Assembly (NCBI GenBank): GCA_963677895.2 | Contig: CAXXGJ010000006.1 | Location: forward strand, 96,001 to 160,000 | Source: Treponemataceae bacterium | GTDB lineage: Bacteria; Spirochaetota; Spirochaetia; Treponematales; Rectinemataceae | Length of the DNA: 64,000 nt | Direction of reading: 5' to 3' | In this document: in pieces, positions 47,588-56,759 of the stretch | How the letters are laid out: the number at the start of each line of letters is the position of its first letter | Numbering within the stretch: the first letter of the stretch is position 1 | The notes under the pieces: model-generated | Told to the model about the DNA's origin: nothing | Seen by the model: the letters and a program-made list of their open reading frames with translations, nothing else | The model's database searches: none | Translations under genes and position numbers: made by a program

Positions 47588-50005
47588 TTATCGCTTCTTC
47601 CGGAACAGGTCGGCGAAGGGATTATAGGTCATGCCATCGTCCTCCCTCTCCTTCGGCGCGGGGCGCTGCGGGGAAGGCCGCTGCCCGGAGCGCTGATCGC
47701 TCCGCTGTTCCGGACGCTGCTCGGGCCGCTGCGGGGAAGGCCGCTGCTCTGGTCGATGTTCAGGCCGCTGTTCCGGACGGCCGCGGGAATCGCCGGCGGG
47801 CCGCGCCACGACCCTGACCGCTTTTTTCGGACCCTGGTCGCCTCCCGCTGGGTTCCTGTCGGTCTTCAGCGAGAGCCCGATCCTGTGGCGCGCCTCGTCC
47901 AGGCTGATGATGGTGAATTCCCTCACGTCGCCTACCTTGATCGCTTCCATGGGGTCGCGCACGAACTGATTCGAGAGCTCTGAAATATGGATCAGGGCGC
48001 TTTCCTTTATGCCTATGTCGACGAAGGCGCCGAAATCGACGACGTTCTTCACCTTGCCCGTGACCTTCATGCCCTCCTTGAGGTCGGAGAAGTTGAGGAC
48101 ACCCTTCGAGAGTATGGGCGGCGGCAGGTTTTCGCGCGGGTCGCGGTTGGGTTTCTTCAGCTCGACGATGATGTCGTCCATGGTGGTGTCGCCCACCGAG
48201 TATTTTTCGCGCAGAGCGGTTCGCTGTTCTCGCGAGGGATCGGCGCCCGCCTTGATGAACTGGAGGATTTCGGCGGCCAGGGCGTAGTTTTCGGGGTGAA
48301 CCCAGGTGTTGTCGAGTTCGTTGGCGCTCTCGGGAATCTTGAGGAAGCCAGCGCACTGTTCGAAGGTCTTTTCGCCCAGGCCGGGGATCTGGGTGAGCAT
48401 GTCGCGCGACTTGATCGCTCCCTTTTCTTCCCTGAACTTGACGATTTTCTTGGCCAGGCCCCCGTTGATGCCCGAAACGTACTTGAGGATGGCGTGGCTC
48501 GCGGTGTTGAGGTTGACGCCCACCTGGTTGACGACGGAGCCGACAACCTCGTCCAGCTGCTCGGTCAGCTTTTTCTGGTTGACGTCGTGCTGGTAGAGGC
48601 CGACGCCGATGCTTTTGGGATCGATCTTGACGAGCTCGGCGAGGGGGTCCTGGAGGCGGCGGCCGATGGAGATGGCGCCCCTGATGGTGAGGTCGAGGTC
48701 GGGGAACTCTTCCCTGGCGATGTCGCTGGCTGAATAGACGGAAGCTCCGTCCTCATCCACGGCGGTGAACTTGCATTCAAGGCCGTTCTCCTCGATCGAG
48801 GCGGCGACGGCGGCCTGCACTTCGTGGCTGGCGGTGCCATTCCCCACGGCGACGATCTCGATGCGGTGCTTCTTGACGGAGGCGGCGATGGCTTTCTTGG
48901 CTTCCTCGAGCTTCGTTTCCTGATTGATGACGAAATAGTCGAGGAACTTGCCCGTCTCGTCCAGGGCGGCGCACTTGGTGCCGGTGCGGATGCCGGGGTC
49001 CACGCCGAGAATCCTCGAGCCGCGCAGGGGCGGCTGCATGAGGAGGTTCTTGAGGTTTTCGGAGAAGACGTCGATGGCGTGGGTTTCGGCGTACTCGGTG
49101 GCGTCGGAGCGGATTTCGCGGATGACGGCGGGCGAAAGGAGCCTAGAGAGGCCGTCCTCGATGGCTTCGGCGTGATAATCGTTATGAATCCAGGCCTTGT
49201 CCTTGAGCAGGGCGGCGGCTCCTTCCTCGTCGACGTCGATGGTGACATCGAGGGCCGATTCGCGCTCGGCGCGGTTGACGGCCAGGACCCGGTGGCTTTT
49301 CAGGGTCGAGAGGGGCTCGGAATAGTCCCAGTACATCTGATAGGTGGACTTTTCGCGGGCGGCATCGTCGCCGACGCCCTTCGTGACGAGCTTGCCCGTC
49401 TTTTTATACCAGGATTTGACGGCGGCGCGCATTTCGATGTTCTGCGAGACGCGCTCGGCGAGGATGTCCTTGGCGCCGGCGATGGCGTCCTGGGCGGTCG
49501 CCACCGAAAGTTCGGGATGTTCCGCGTCGGCGCGGACGAAGCCGGGCGCCGCCGCGTCGACTTCATTCTTTTCCTTTTCGAGCATTATTTCGGCCAGCGG
49601 GCTGAGGCCCTTTTCCTGGGCGAGCATGCCTCTGGTCTTCTTCTTTTTCTTGTAGGGCGCCCAGAGGTCGTCCAGTTCGGTGAGGGTCGAGGCTTTGACG
49701 ATATTTTCGTAGAGTGTTTCGTCGAGCTTGCCGAGGGCGGCGATGCCCTTGGTCACCTCGATCCTGCGTTCCTCGAGGTTCTTGTAGCTCTCGAATTTAT
49801 GGACGCAGTCGCGGACCTGGACTTCGTCGAGGCTGCCGGTTCTTTCCTTGCGGTAGCGGCTGATGAAGGGAACCGTGCTTCCTTCGGCGGTCAGGGTGAT
49901 GACGGCCGATACTTGCGCGGCCTTGATGTTCAGGTCTCCGGCTATCCGGTTCAAAATGGCGATCTCGTTGACTGCCAGTTTTTCTATGTCGGGCAATTGG
50001 CTCAT
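47588..50005 (-). CDS. tex: Tex transcription accessory protein (S1 domain)
   Basis: TVPFISRYRKERTG, GVDPGIRTG, SIGRRLQDPLAELVKI, DFGAFVDIG. Confidence 0.96.
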   Translation of the reverse strand: MSQLPDIEKLAVNEIAILNRIAGDLNIKAAQVSAVITLTAEGSTVPFISRYRKERTGSLDEVQVRDCVHKFESYKNLEERRIEVTKGIAALGKLDETLYENIVKASTLTELDDLWAPYKKKKKTRGMLAQEKGLSPLAEIMLEKEKNEVDAAAPGFVRADAEHPELSVATAQDAIAGAKDILAERVSQNIEMRAAVKSWYKKTGKLVTKGVGDDAAREKSTYQMYWDYSEPLSTLKSHRVLAVNRAERESALDVTIDVDEEGAAALLKDKAWIHNDYHAEAIEDGLSRLLSPAVIREIRSDATEYAETHAIDVFSENLKNLLMQPPLRGSRILGVDPGIRTGTKCAALDETGKFLDYFVINQETKLEEAKKAIAASVKKHRIEIVAVGNGTASHEVQAAVAASIEENGLECKFTAVDEDGASVYSASDIAREEFPDLDLTIRGAISIGRRLQDPLAELVKIDPKSIGVGLYQHDVNQKKLTEQLDEVVGSVVNQVGVNLNTASHAILKYVSGINGGLAKKIVKFREEKGAIKSRDMLTQIPGLGEKTFEQCAGFLKIPESANELDNTWVHPENYALAAEILQFIKAGADPSREQRTALREKYSVGDTTMDDIIVELKKPNRDPRENLPPPILSKGVLNFSDLKEGMKVTGKVKNVVDFGAFVDIGIKESALIHISELSNQFVRDPMEAIKVGDVREFTIISLDEARHRIGLSLKTDRNPAGGDQGPKKAVRVVARPAGDSRGRPEQRPEHRPEQRPSPQRPEQRPEQRSDQRSGQRPSPQRPAPKEREDDGMTYNPFADLFRKKR

Positions 50006-50130
50006 GGTCCCCTACGGTACGCAAAGTCGGCGAGAATTGCAAGCGTTCGTCCGTTCATTTTATTATGGACATTCCGATGGGCTTGAATTATGCTTGTTTT
50101 TTGGCCAATGCCATTAAGCTCGGAAAGGAA

Positions 50131-50742
50131 ATGGGAAAAAACGATAAACGCGTAAGGATTTTCTCCGCACTCGAGGTGGCCAACCTATGCGGGGTGGTAA
50201 ATCAGACTGCCATCAACTGGATCAAGGCCGGCTATCTCAAGGCTTTCACGACGCCGGGCGGCCAATTCCGCGTGTTCGCCGAAGATCTCATCGCCTTCCT
50301 GGAAGACCGGAAGATGAGAATTCCGCCTGAAATCAATGCCGGGGTGAATGATTCCGTCGATCCGGGCCTCATCCTCATCGTCGACGACGATCCCGATCTC
50401 AACACTATCCTCAAGAGAATGCTCGAAAGGAAGATCCCCGACATCAGCGTCGCACAGGCTTTCGATGGCTTCGAGGCCGGCAGGATCATCGCCGAACGCC
50501 ACCCCGCCCTCGTCTTCCTGGATTTCGACCTGCCGGGCATCAACGGGAAGAGTCTTTGTCTGCGCATTCATTCCGATCCATCGATCGGAAAGCCTTCGGT
50601 TATTTCCATGACGGGCATCGATACGCCGGATCTGCGCGAAGAGATGCTGGCGGCGGGCGCCGATGATTTCTTCGGAAAGCCCCTGGATTTCGAAGCGATA
50701 ATCAGGCGGGCTTCGGAACTTCTGGCTTCGAGGGCCAGGTAG
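50131..50742 (+). CDS. Response regulator with an N-terminal excisionase-like HTH
   Basis: EVANLCGV...INWI...TPGGQFR; LIVDDD, FLDFDLPG, GKP. Confidence 0.85.
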   Translation: MGKNDKRVRIFSALEVANLCGVVNQTAINWIKAGYLKAFTTPGGQFRVFAEDLIAFLEDRKMRIPPEINAGVNDSVDPGLILIVDDDPDLNTILKRMLERKIPDISVAQAFDGFEAGRIIAERHPALVFLDFDLPGINGKSLCLRIHSDPSIGKPSVISMTGIDTPDLREEMLAAGADDFFGKPLDFEAIIRRASELLASRAR

Positions 50743-51294
50743 GTGAAGTCGGTCGGGACCTTCCTGGACGGCCGGCTCATCGTTGCCGTGGGCGACATCA
50801 CCCTTTTCGAGGGGAATGCCATCGTCAACGCGGCCAATTCGGGCCTCCTGGGGGGAGGCGGCGTGGATGGAGCCATCCACCGCGCGGGAGGCCCGTCCAT
50901 ACTCGCCGAGTGCCGCGCCCTCCGCGCCGGCCCGCTCAAATCCGGCCTGCCCGCCGGCGAGGCCGTGGCAACAGGGGCGGGAGCCTTGCGGGCAGGCCGC
51001 GTCATCCACACGGTGGGTCCGGTCTGGCAAGGCGGAGGTCGCGGCGAAGCGGCGGCCCTCGCCTCCTGCTATCGCCGCTGCCTGGAAATCGCGGCGGCGG
51101 AAAACCTCGCCGTCATCGCCTTCCCCGCCATCTCGACAGGCGTCTACGGCTATCCCAAGGCCAAAGCGGCGCGCGTCGCCTTCAACTCCGTCCGGGAATT
51201 CGCCGTCGCCCACCCTATCCCGCGCGAAATCTGGCTCGTTTTCTTTTCCGAAAGCGACGCGAACACCTTTCTGGAAGCCGCCTTTCCAAACTGA
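50743..51294 (+). CDS. Macrodomain O-acetyl-ADP-ribose deacetylase (YmdB-like)
   Basis: GDIT, NAAN, GGGVDGAIH, HTVGP, AISTGVYGYP. Confidence 0.93.
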   Translation: MKSVGTFLDGRLIVAVGDITLFEGNAIVNAANSGLLGGGGVDGAIHRAGGPSILAECRALRAGPLKSGLPAGEAVATGAGALRAGRVIHTVGPVWQGGGRGEAAALASCYRRCLEIAAAENLAVIAFPAISTGVYGYPKAKAARVAFNSVREFAVAHPIPREIWLVFFSESDANTFLEAAFPN

Positions 51295-51299
51295 ATATC

Positions 51300-51329
51300 T
51301 TGACGCCTGGCGCCCGCGGCAGGTATAGT
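51300..51329 (+). promoter_or_regulatory. Sigma70-type promoter of tRNA-Gly
   Basis: TTGACG ... TATAGT upstream of the tRNA leader. Confidence 0.6.
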
Positions 51330-51392
51330 GGCTCAGTCGCCGCGCGAGCGGCTGACCGCAGCCGCGTCGCGAGAAGCGACGCAGTTCCAATC

Positions 51393-51463
51393 GCGACCGT
51401 CGTATACCGGTATTACCCGAGCTTCCCAAGCTCGAGAAGCGGGTTCGACTCCCGTCGGTCGCT
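51393..51463 (+). tRNA. tRNA-Gly (CCC), CCA not encoded
   Basis: Acceptor stem GCGACCG/CGGTCGC, anticodon arm CGAGC-TTCCCAA-GCTCG, T arm GCGGG-TTCGACT-CCCGT. Confidence 0.95.
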
Positions 51464-51577
51464 CTACGATTAAGTCTTTTTTAATAAAAGACTTATGCTT
51501 CTACCGTAAAAACGGAGAAGCGCCATTATTATCCAAAGTCACCCGAAAAGTCACACTTCGGGCGCCTGGAGGAATAA

Positions 51578-51760
51578 ATGCGCTCTCCGTTTTTGCTTTT
51601 TCTGAGGGTAAAGAAAACGACTGGTGAGAAATCCTGGTACGCAAAGTTCTGGAATGAAGAATCGAATCGTTACGACCGTACGCGAGCCCTGGTCGACCAC
51701 TGGCCACAATCCTTGGATTACCTCGATCATAATCGTCGGGCGCCTCGGCTCGTTTTTTAA
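51578..51760 (+). pseudogene. Probable N-terminal fragment of a tyrosine integrase
   Basis: GGAGG RBS; MRSPFLLFLR...SWYAKFWNE...RTRAL resembles an arm-binding N-terminus; no catalytic domain follows. Confidence 0.55.
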
Positions 51761-51795
51761 TAGCTTCGCCGCCCGCGCTTTCCTATATTTCGGGC

Positions 51796-52446
51796 TTGAG
51801 CAGCCAGGTCCGCCCCATCGCTGGCAATCACGAGTACACCTATTCCGACGAGTTCGGCCCGGCGGGGAGCCTCGTCCTCTGCGAGGCGGACGAGAGGGCG
51901 CGGAAACTGGAATATTTCAAGACCGCAATGGGATTGGAGTCCCTCCAACGCGAAGAGGAGCTGGGCGGCTACGAACTGATCTACCTTTCCTCCGATTCGC
52001 TCGACACGAGCCGCCGGGTCGGGATCTCGCCGGAGTCCCTCGCCTGGCTCGACGATTGCTTATCCGCGCACGCGTCGCTTCCGACGATTATTTTCTTCCA
52101 CGCGCCGCTCGAGGGAACGCTGAACGTCAAGGGCAAGCCGGCTTCCGGAAGCAGCGTCGCCCAACCTGCGGACGCGATCCACGAGATCCTCGGGCGCCAT
52201 CCCCAGGTGTTCCTCTGGGTTTCGGGGCACACGCACACGAGGCCGAGCAATGCATCCTTCGCGTCGCCGATCAACCTGTACGATGGCCGCGTCATGAACA
52301 TCCACTGCCCCGATTCGGATCGTATCGATCCTTGCACGAACTCCTTGTGGCTCTACCCCAACCATGTCCTGATCAGAACCTACGATCATCGGCGAGGCGC
52401 CTGGCTCACGAGGCTGGACCGGCGTGTGGCGGCCTGGGGCCGCTAG
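51796..52446 (+). pseudogene. 5'-truncated metallophosphoesterase
   Basis: GNHE, FFHAP and SGHTH present; DxH and GD motifs absent, with an in-frame stop at 51730. Confidence 0.75.
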
Positions 52447-52596
52447 TGTGCGGTAATATCAATTCGATGAAGGCAGAATAAGCGCGTTCCTTAGCGACAA
52501 GACAAGGCTTCCAGACAAGCCGCCAATTTCAGACAGCAGTTAATACCCTTCTTCGCGATCGCGGATTAAAGCCGCATTTAGTCAAAAAGTTTCAAC

Positions 52597-53223
52597 TCAG
52601 CTGTACCTTTTGCCGTATCGAGCCAGGAAGGTTGAAATAATCTCCCGCTTTAGCTCCGCGGTCCTTGGATCAAGCAGCCCTCCCTGGTATACCGACGGCC
52701 AGGTAAAAGCCCCACCCATCATAGCGGTAAAAACTCGCGAAGCCAACTCGGGATCGTCGGCGACCAGCTTGCCGTCAAGCGCAGCGGCGCGCATCCAGGC
52801 AGTCAAGCTGCTTTCGGAACTGGAATGCTTTGCCACCGCTTCCTTAGCCGTTTCAGGAAAGTTGATGAAGACTGAGAGCAATAACTTAATCTGCCCCATC
52901 CACTTTGGACTTTGGGCGACCATAATCTCGGCATCGACAAAATCTCCGAGCTGATCTTCAATGTTACGACGGTTGTCATAGGAAATATTTTTAATCGCCT
53001 TCATCTCCTGGTTAAACTGTTCCAAGACGGCGCGGAAAAGATCTTCCTTGCTTTGGAAATGATTGTAGACAGTTCTTTTCGACGCCTTAGCCGCCTCTGA
53101 GATACGGTCCATGCTTGAATTCTCATAACCCACATCAGAAAAAACCTGAATCGCCGCTTCGAGGATGGAATTTCTCTTGTCACTCGTGTCCCGTTTCTTT
53201 CTAGCATTTCCTGGGCCAATCAT
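52597..53223 (-). CDS. TetR-family regulator
   Basis: ILEAA...GYENSSMDRIS...SKRTVYNHFQSKEDLF. Confidence 0.94.
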   Translation of the reverse strand: MIGPGNARKKRDTSDKRNSILEAAIQVFSDVGYENSSMDRISEAAKASKRTVYNHFQSKEDLFRAVLEQFNQEMKAIKNISYDNRRNIEDQLGDFVDAEIMVAQSPKWMGQIKLLLSVFINFPETAKEAVAKHSSSESSLTAWMRAAALDGKLVADDPELASRVFTAMMGGAFTWPSVYQGGLLDPRTAELKREIISTFLARYGKRYS

Positions 53224-53247
53224 CAGCAGAACCTCGCAGATTTAAAT

Positions 53248-53298
53248 TAAACTCGTCGGTGTAATTTAATTGACATTAATTACACTACTCGGTATAGT
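53248..53298 (+). promoter_or_regulatory. Sigma70 promoter overlapped by two candidate TetR operators
   Basis: TTGACA-N17-TATAGT (53270-53298); related imperfect palindromes TAAACTCGTCGGTGTA and TACACTACTCGGTATA. Confidence 0.65.
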
Positions 53299-53352
53299 AT
53301 ACCATAAACGCCCGGCCTAAGCCAGTACATAGGGCGATACAGGAGGATACAT

Positions 53353-54021
53353 ATGAATGAATTGAATCTTTACGTGAGCCAGAAGAGAAAGGCCAGGCTT
53401 GCCGGGATCGGATGGACGATAGTTGCATTTGCGGCATGGCCCGACATGGTTCGCAAAACACTCTTTGTTCCCGGGGATGCGGTAGCCACTGGCCGGAATA
53501 TCCTGGTCAACAACCTACTATTCAGGATGAGCATATTGGGGGACATTGCTACGGAGATTGCCTTTCTACTTACGGCTCTAATCCTATTCGACCTGCTCCG
53601 GGAAGCCGGTAAAACAGCCGCGCGGGCGATGTTGTCCATGGTAGTGATAGCCGTCACAATGGCAATTCTAAAGACAGGAGCCGAGCTTGCGGCGCTCAAT
53701 TTCTTCGAGGCTAACGACCCGGCCCATGGCAACCTACTGATTGAATTGTTCCAAGCTTCCGCCGTCCCCACTTCGGTATTCTTCGGACTTTGGATGCTAC
53801 CGCTCGGTTATCTATTCTTTGTCTCAGGCTTCATGCCAAAAGCCTTGGGAGTTTTCCTCATGATAGGGAGCACAGGATAGGTCATCCATTCGACGCTGAG
53901 GATAATAGCGCCGGCCGTATCCGAGCAAGCCATACTTCTGTCTGTCGTCGCGGAAGTCACAACTATCGCCTGGTTACTGGTTGCAGGCGTACGCCGGCCC
54001 AAGGCAGCCGGCAGCATATGA
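53353..54021 (+). pseudogene. DUF4386-like membrane protein with an internal TAG at 53878-53880
   Basis: ARLAG, FFGLWMLPLGYL, GFMPKALG; frame continues after TAG to AEVTTIAWLLVAG and a TGA overlapping the next ATG. Confidence 0.78.
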
Positions 54022-54548
54022 GCCGTACGATGATTATGTGCAGAAATACTGCGTTGGCGTTCGCGATTTTCGCTGCCTTTGCCTTCGCCATCCCAGGGCA
54101 GCTTTTTGCCCATACGGGAGGGGCAGGCGGCAGCCTGGATTTTTCGGTAGGCGATATATGCCAGATGGTCGGCGGCGCAGTCGCCCTAGGCTTTGGGCTG
54201 TGGCACTTTGCCGTTCCAAGCATCTACGGCTGGCAATCCTACGTTCCCGACGCGCCCAAATCTCTTGTAGACGCCGTTGCTGCGACCAACTTCTTCTTCA
54301 GCCTTTCCCTAAGCCTGTTCGGGGCAACCAACGTCGTCGCGCCATTTATCGCCGACTCGTCAAATCCCGAGCGCCGCTCTTGGCTATGGGTCAATGTAGG
54401 GCTGTGGACTACCCGAGCCTTGTATCAGATTATAAAGCCACAGGGAACCCACAACGCTGCATTGCAATGGGGAATGACAGGAGCCTTTGTCGTCACAGAC
54501 CTGCTGTTCCTCGTTGCGGCTCTTGAGGCGACTATTGTGGTTAGATGA
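54018..54548 (+). CDS. Hypothetical membrane protein
   Basis: ATGA overlap with the previous gene; signal-like N-terminus and about four TMs. Confidence 0.65.
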   Translation: MSRTMIMCRNTALAFAIFAAFAFAIPGQLFAHTGGAGGSLDFSVGDICQMVGGAVALGFGLWHFAVPSIYGWQSYVPDAPKSLVDAVAATNFFFSLSLSLFGATNVVAPFIADSSNPERRSWLWVNVGLWTTRALYQIIKPQGTHNAALQWGMTGAFVVTDLLFLVAALEATIVVR

Positions 54549-54560
54549 CCGGAAAGCAGA

Positions 54561-54600
54561 CAAGCTCGAGAAGCGGGTTCGACTCCCGTCGGTCGCTCTA
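54561..54600 (+). repeat. att site: duplicate of the tRNA-Gly 3' half
   Basis: caagctcgagaagcgggttcgactcccgtcggtcgctcta is identical to 51427-51466. Confidence 0.95.
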
Positions 54601-54644
54601 GTTTTTTCGAATCCTGGAGCAGGATTGAACCCCTTAGCCACCAG

Positions 54645-54673
54645 AAAAAAGCCGCTTTTATAGGCGGCTTTTT
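54645..54673. terminator. Bidirectional intrinsic terminator
   Basis: AAAAAAGCCGC...GCGGCTTTTT. Confidence 0.82.
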
Positions 54674-54676
54674 GTT

Positions 54677-56167
54677 TTATTGGGCTTTGTTTTTTTTCTT
54701 CGTAAGCAGGGGATAGAAAAAACCAAGAAGAGACACGATGAGAATGACAAGCGAAATCGGCCTGGTCACGAAACCCGCCCAGCTTCCATCGCCGATGATG
54801 AGCTGCTTCCGGAGCGAGTTTTCCGCGATGCCGCCCAAAATGAGTCCGAGAATGAATGCCGATGACGAGTATTTGAAGTGGTTGAAGAGAAATCCGATGA
54901 TGCTGAACGCGAACATGATGAGCACATCGTAGAAGGAATTTTGAAGCGCGTAGGCGCCGACCACGCCGAGTGCGATGATCAAGGTGCCGAGAAGGGGATA
55001 AGGCAGCTTGAGGACGCGGGCGAACTCCCTCGTGATGAAGCGGCCGCCTACAAAAAGCAGTATTGAGGCCAGCAAGATGCCGATGAATACCGCGTAGAGG
55101 AGGATCGGCTGCTCCCTCAAGAGAAGAGGGCCGGGCCTGAGGCCGTGGATCATGAAAGCCGCCATTATGACGGCCGCCGTCGGGCTGCCGGGGATGCCGA
55201 GCACCATAGTCGGCACCATAGCGCCGCCGACGGCGGCGTTGTTGGCCGACTCGGGAGCGGCGACACCCTCGGGTTCGCCCTTGCCGAATTTTTCGGGCGT
55301 CTTGCTCGATCGTACGGCTTCACCGTAAGAGACAAGGGCGGCGATGGAGCCGCCGGCGGCGGGAATGATGCCGATGATCGTGCCGATAATGGATGATTTG
55401 ATCAGCGTCTTCCACATCTTGAGCATCTCGGAAAACTTGACGATCTCCATGGAGATCTTGCCTTTGGCGGTTAGCTCGGAGGAAGTCTTGCCATATTCAT
55501 CGGCGATGGTCCGATACACTTCCGCGACCGCGAATACGCCGATCATGACAGGGATATAGCTGACGCCGTTCATGAGGAAGGGCTGGTCAAAGACAAAGCG
55601 GTTTATTCCGTTTATTGGGTCAATGCCGATCGTCGAGAAAAGGAGGCCGAGGACTGCGGCGAGCATCGCTTTAACCTGATCCTTGCCGCCTATGCTCGTG
55701 ATGCAACTAAGGCCCATCAGAGCCAGCATCAGGTATTCGGCGCTCTGGAAGCGTAGGGCGAGCGTGGCCAGGAGAGGCGCCGCTATGACCATACAGAAAG
55801 CCGAAAAAATGCCCCCAAACGAGGAAGCCGAGATAGCGATGCCGAGCGCCTTGCCAGCCTGCCCTTTCTGGGCCATGGGATGGCCGTCGAAGACCGTGGC
55901 GACCGCCTCTGGCGTGCCCGGTATCTTGAGGAGTATGGCGGAAATCGATCCGCCGGCCGCCCCGCCTATATAGACGGCAACCAGAGTGACGATGGCCGAC
56001 ACAGGTTCCATGGCGTACGTGAAGGGCAGAAGGAGAATGATCGCCATCGAGGAACTTATGCCGGGCAAAGCGCCGCAGATCATTCCAAAGAAGGTACCCG
56101 CCACGACGAGGAGAAGGTTGAGCGGTTGCATTATGACATAACTGAGAGCTTGAATAAAATTTTGCAT
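54677..56167 (-). CDS. tctA: Tripartite tricarboxylate transporter large subunit
   Basis: GALPG, KIPGTPEA, DGHPMA, PESANNA, LGIPGS. Confidence 0.94.
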   Translation of the reverse strand: MQNFIQALSYVIMQPLNLLLVVAGTFFGMICGALPGISSSMAIILLLPFTYAMEPVSAIVTLVAVYIGGAAGGSISAILLKIPGTPEAVATVFDGHPMAQKGQAGKALGIAISASSFGGIFSAFCMVIAAPLLATLALRFQSAEYLMLALMGLSCITSIGGKDQVKAMLAAVLGLLFSTIGIDPINGINRFVFDQPFLMNGVSYIPVMIGVFAVAEVYRTIADEYGKTSSELTAKGKISMEIVKFSEMLKMWKTLIKSSIIGTIIGIIPAAGGSIAALVSYGEAVRSSKTPEKFGKGEPEGVAAPESANNAAVGGAMVPTMVLGIPGSPTAAVIMAAFMIHGLRPGPLLLREQPILLYAVFIGILLASILLFVGGRFITREFARVLKLPYPLLGTLIIALGVVGAYALQNSFYDVLIMFAFSIIGFLFNHFKYSSSAFILGLILGGIAENSLRKQLIIGDGSWAGFVTRPISLVILIVSLLGFFYPLLTKKKNKAQ

Positions 56168-56186
56168 GCGTGTTTCCTTCCCGTCG

Positions 56187-56666
56187 TCAATACAACAGGT
56201 AGCTGAGCTCTTTGAGGATTCCGACTCCGCGTGGGAGGGGAACGAAAAAGGCCTTTCCAAAGAGGAGGAAGAGCCCCGCTGTCGTCAAGAAGGAAAACAG
56301 GACGAGCTTTCCAGGTTTGCGGTAGCCCGTGACCCTCGCAGCGACAAAGGAGTAGATTAAGGTGGACAGGATGAAGCCAAAGAGGTTCATCACCGCGAGG
56401 TAGATGGCAAGGACCAAAGCGTTCAACGCTATGGCTTTTCCTTCAGGCGTGGATAGATCGAGGAGTTTCTCGCCTGTCTTCTTCTTGTTCTTCAGCTGCT
56501 TCAGGAGCAGTATGATGCACAGCATAAAACCGAGCGCGCACATAATGAGGGGAAATCCCCCCGCGCCCAGTTGGTCGCCGACGATGGTTTCCTTGGGCAT
56601 GCCGAGCGAGAGTACCGCTGCGATCCCGAGAAAGCCCATGATGCACAATGTAAATACTACTTCCAT
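56187..56666 (-). CDS. tctB: Tripartite tricarboxylate transporter small subunit
   Basis: Four TMs, GGFP, FVPLPRG; lies between tctC and tctA. Confidence 0.88.
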   Translation of the reverse strand: MEVVFTLCIMGFLGIAAVLSLGMPKETIVGDQLGAGGFPLIMCALGFMLCIILLLKQLKNKKKTGEKLLDLSTPEGKAIALNALVLAIYLAVMNLFGFILSTLIYSFVAARVTGYRKPGKLVLFSFLTTAGLFLLFGKAFFVPLPRGVGILKELSYLLY

Positions 56667-56759
56667 GCCCTAGCCTCCTGCGCCCTGCCGCCTACGCAGG
56701 CTGGGCCTTTCATGCGTGACAAGCGCGCCCCGTCAAAGAGGCGCGCCCAAAACTTTGTC

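Larger units (their letters stand above)
51427..54600. mobile_element. Decayed integrative element inserted in tRNA-Gly
   Basis: Identical 40-bp repeats at 51427-51466 and 54561-54600; integrase-like fragment next to the tRNA. Confidence 0.85.

Noticed and set aside
47660..47785. Short tandem repeats as a possible CRISPR array
   Set aside because: In-frame coding repeats with no spacers and no cas genes
50131..51294. Response regulator + macrodomain as an anti-phage (DarG-like) system
   Set aside because: Ordinary stand-alone YmdB-type macrodomain, outside the att-bounded island, with no ADP-ribosyltransferase nearby
51331..51385. Two hairpins before the tRNA as a separate ncRNA
   Set aside because: They lie between promoter and tRNA and are best explained as precursor leader; no known family recognised
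53878..53880. Pyrrolysine or stop-codon reassignment
   Set aside because: TAG terminates several normal genes in this window and no pyl genes are present
54561..54600. Second tRNA-Gly gene
   Set aside because: Only the 3' half is present; no D arm or 5' acceptor strand
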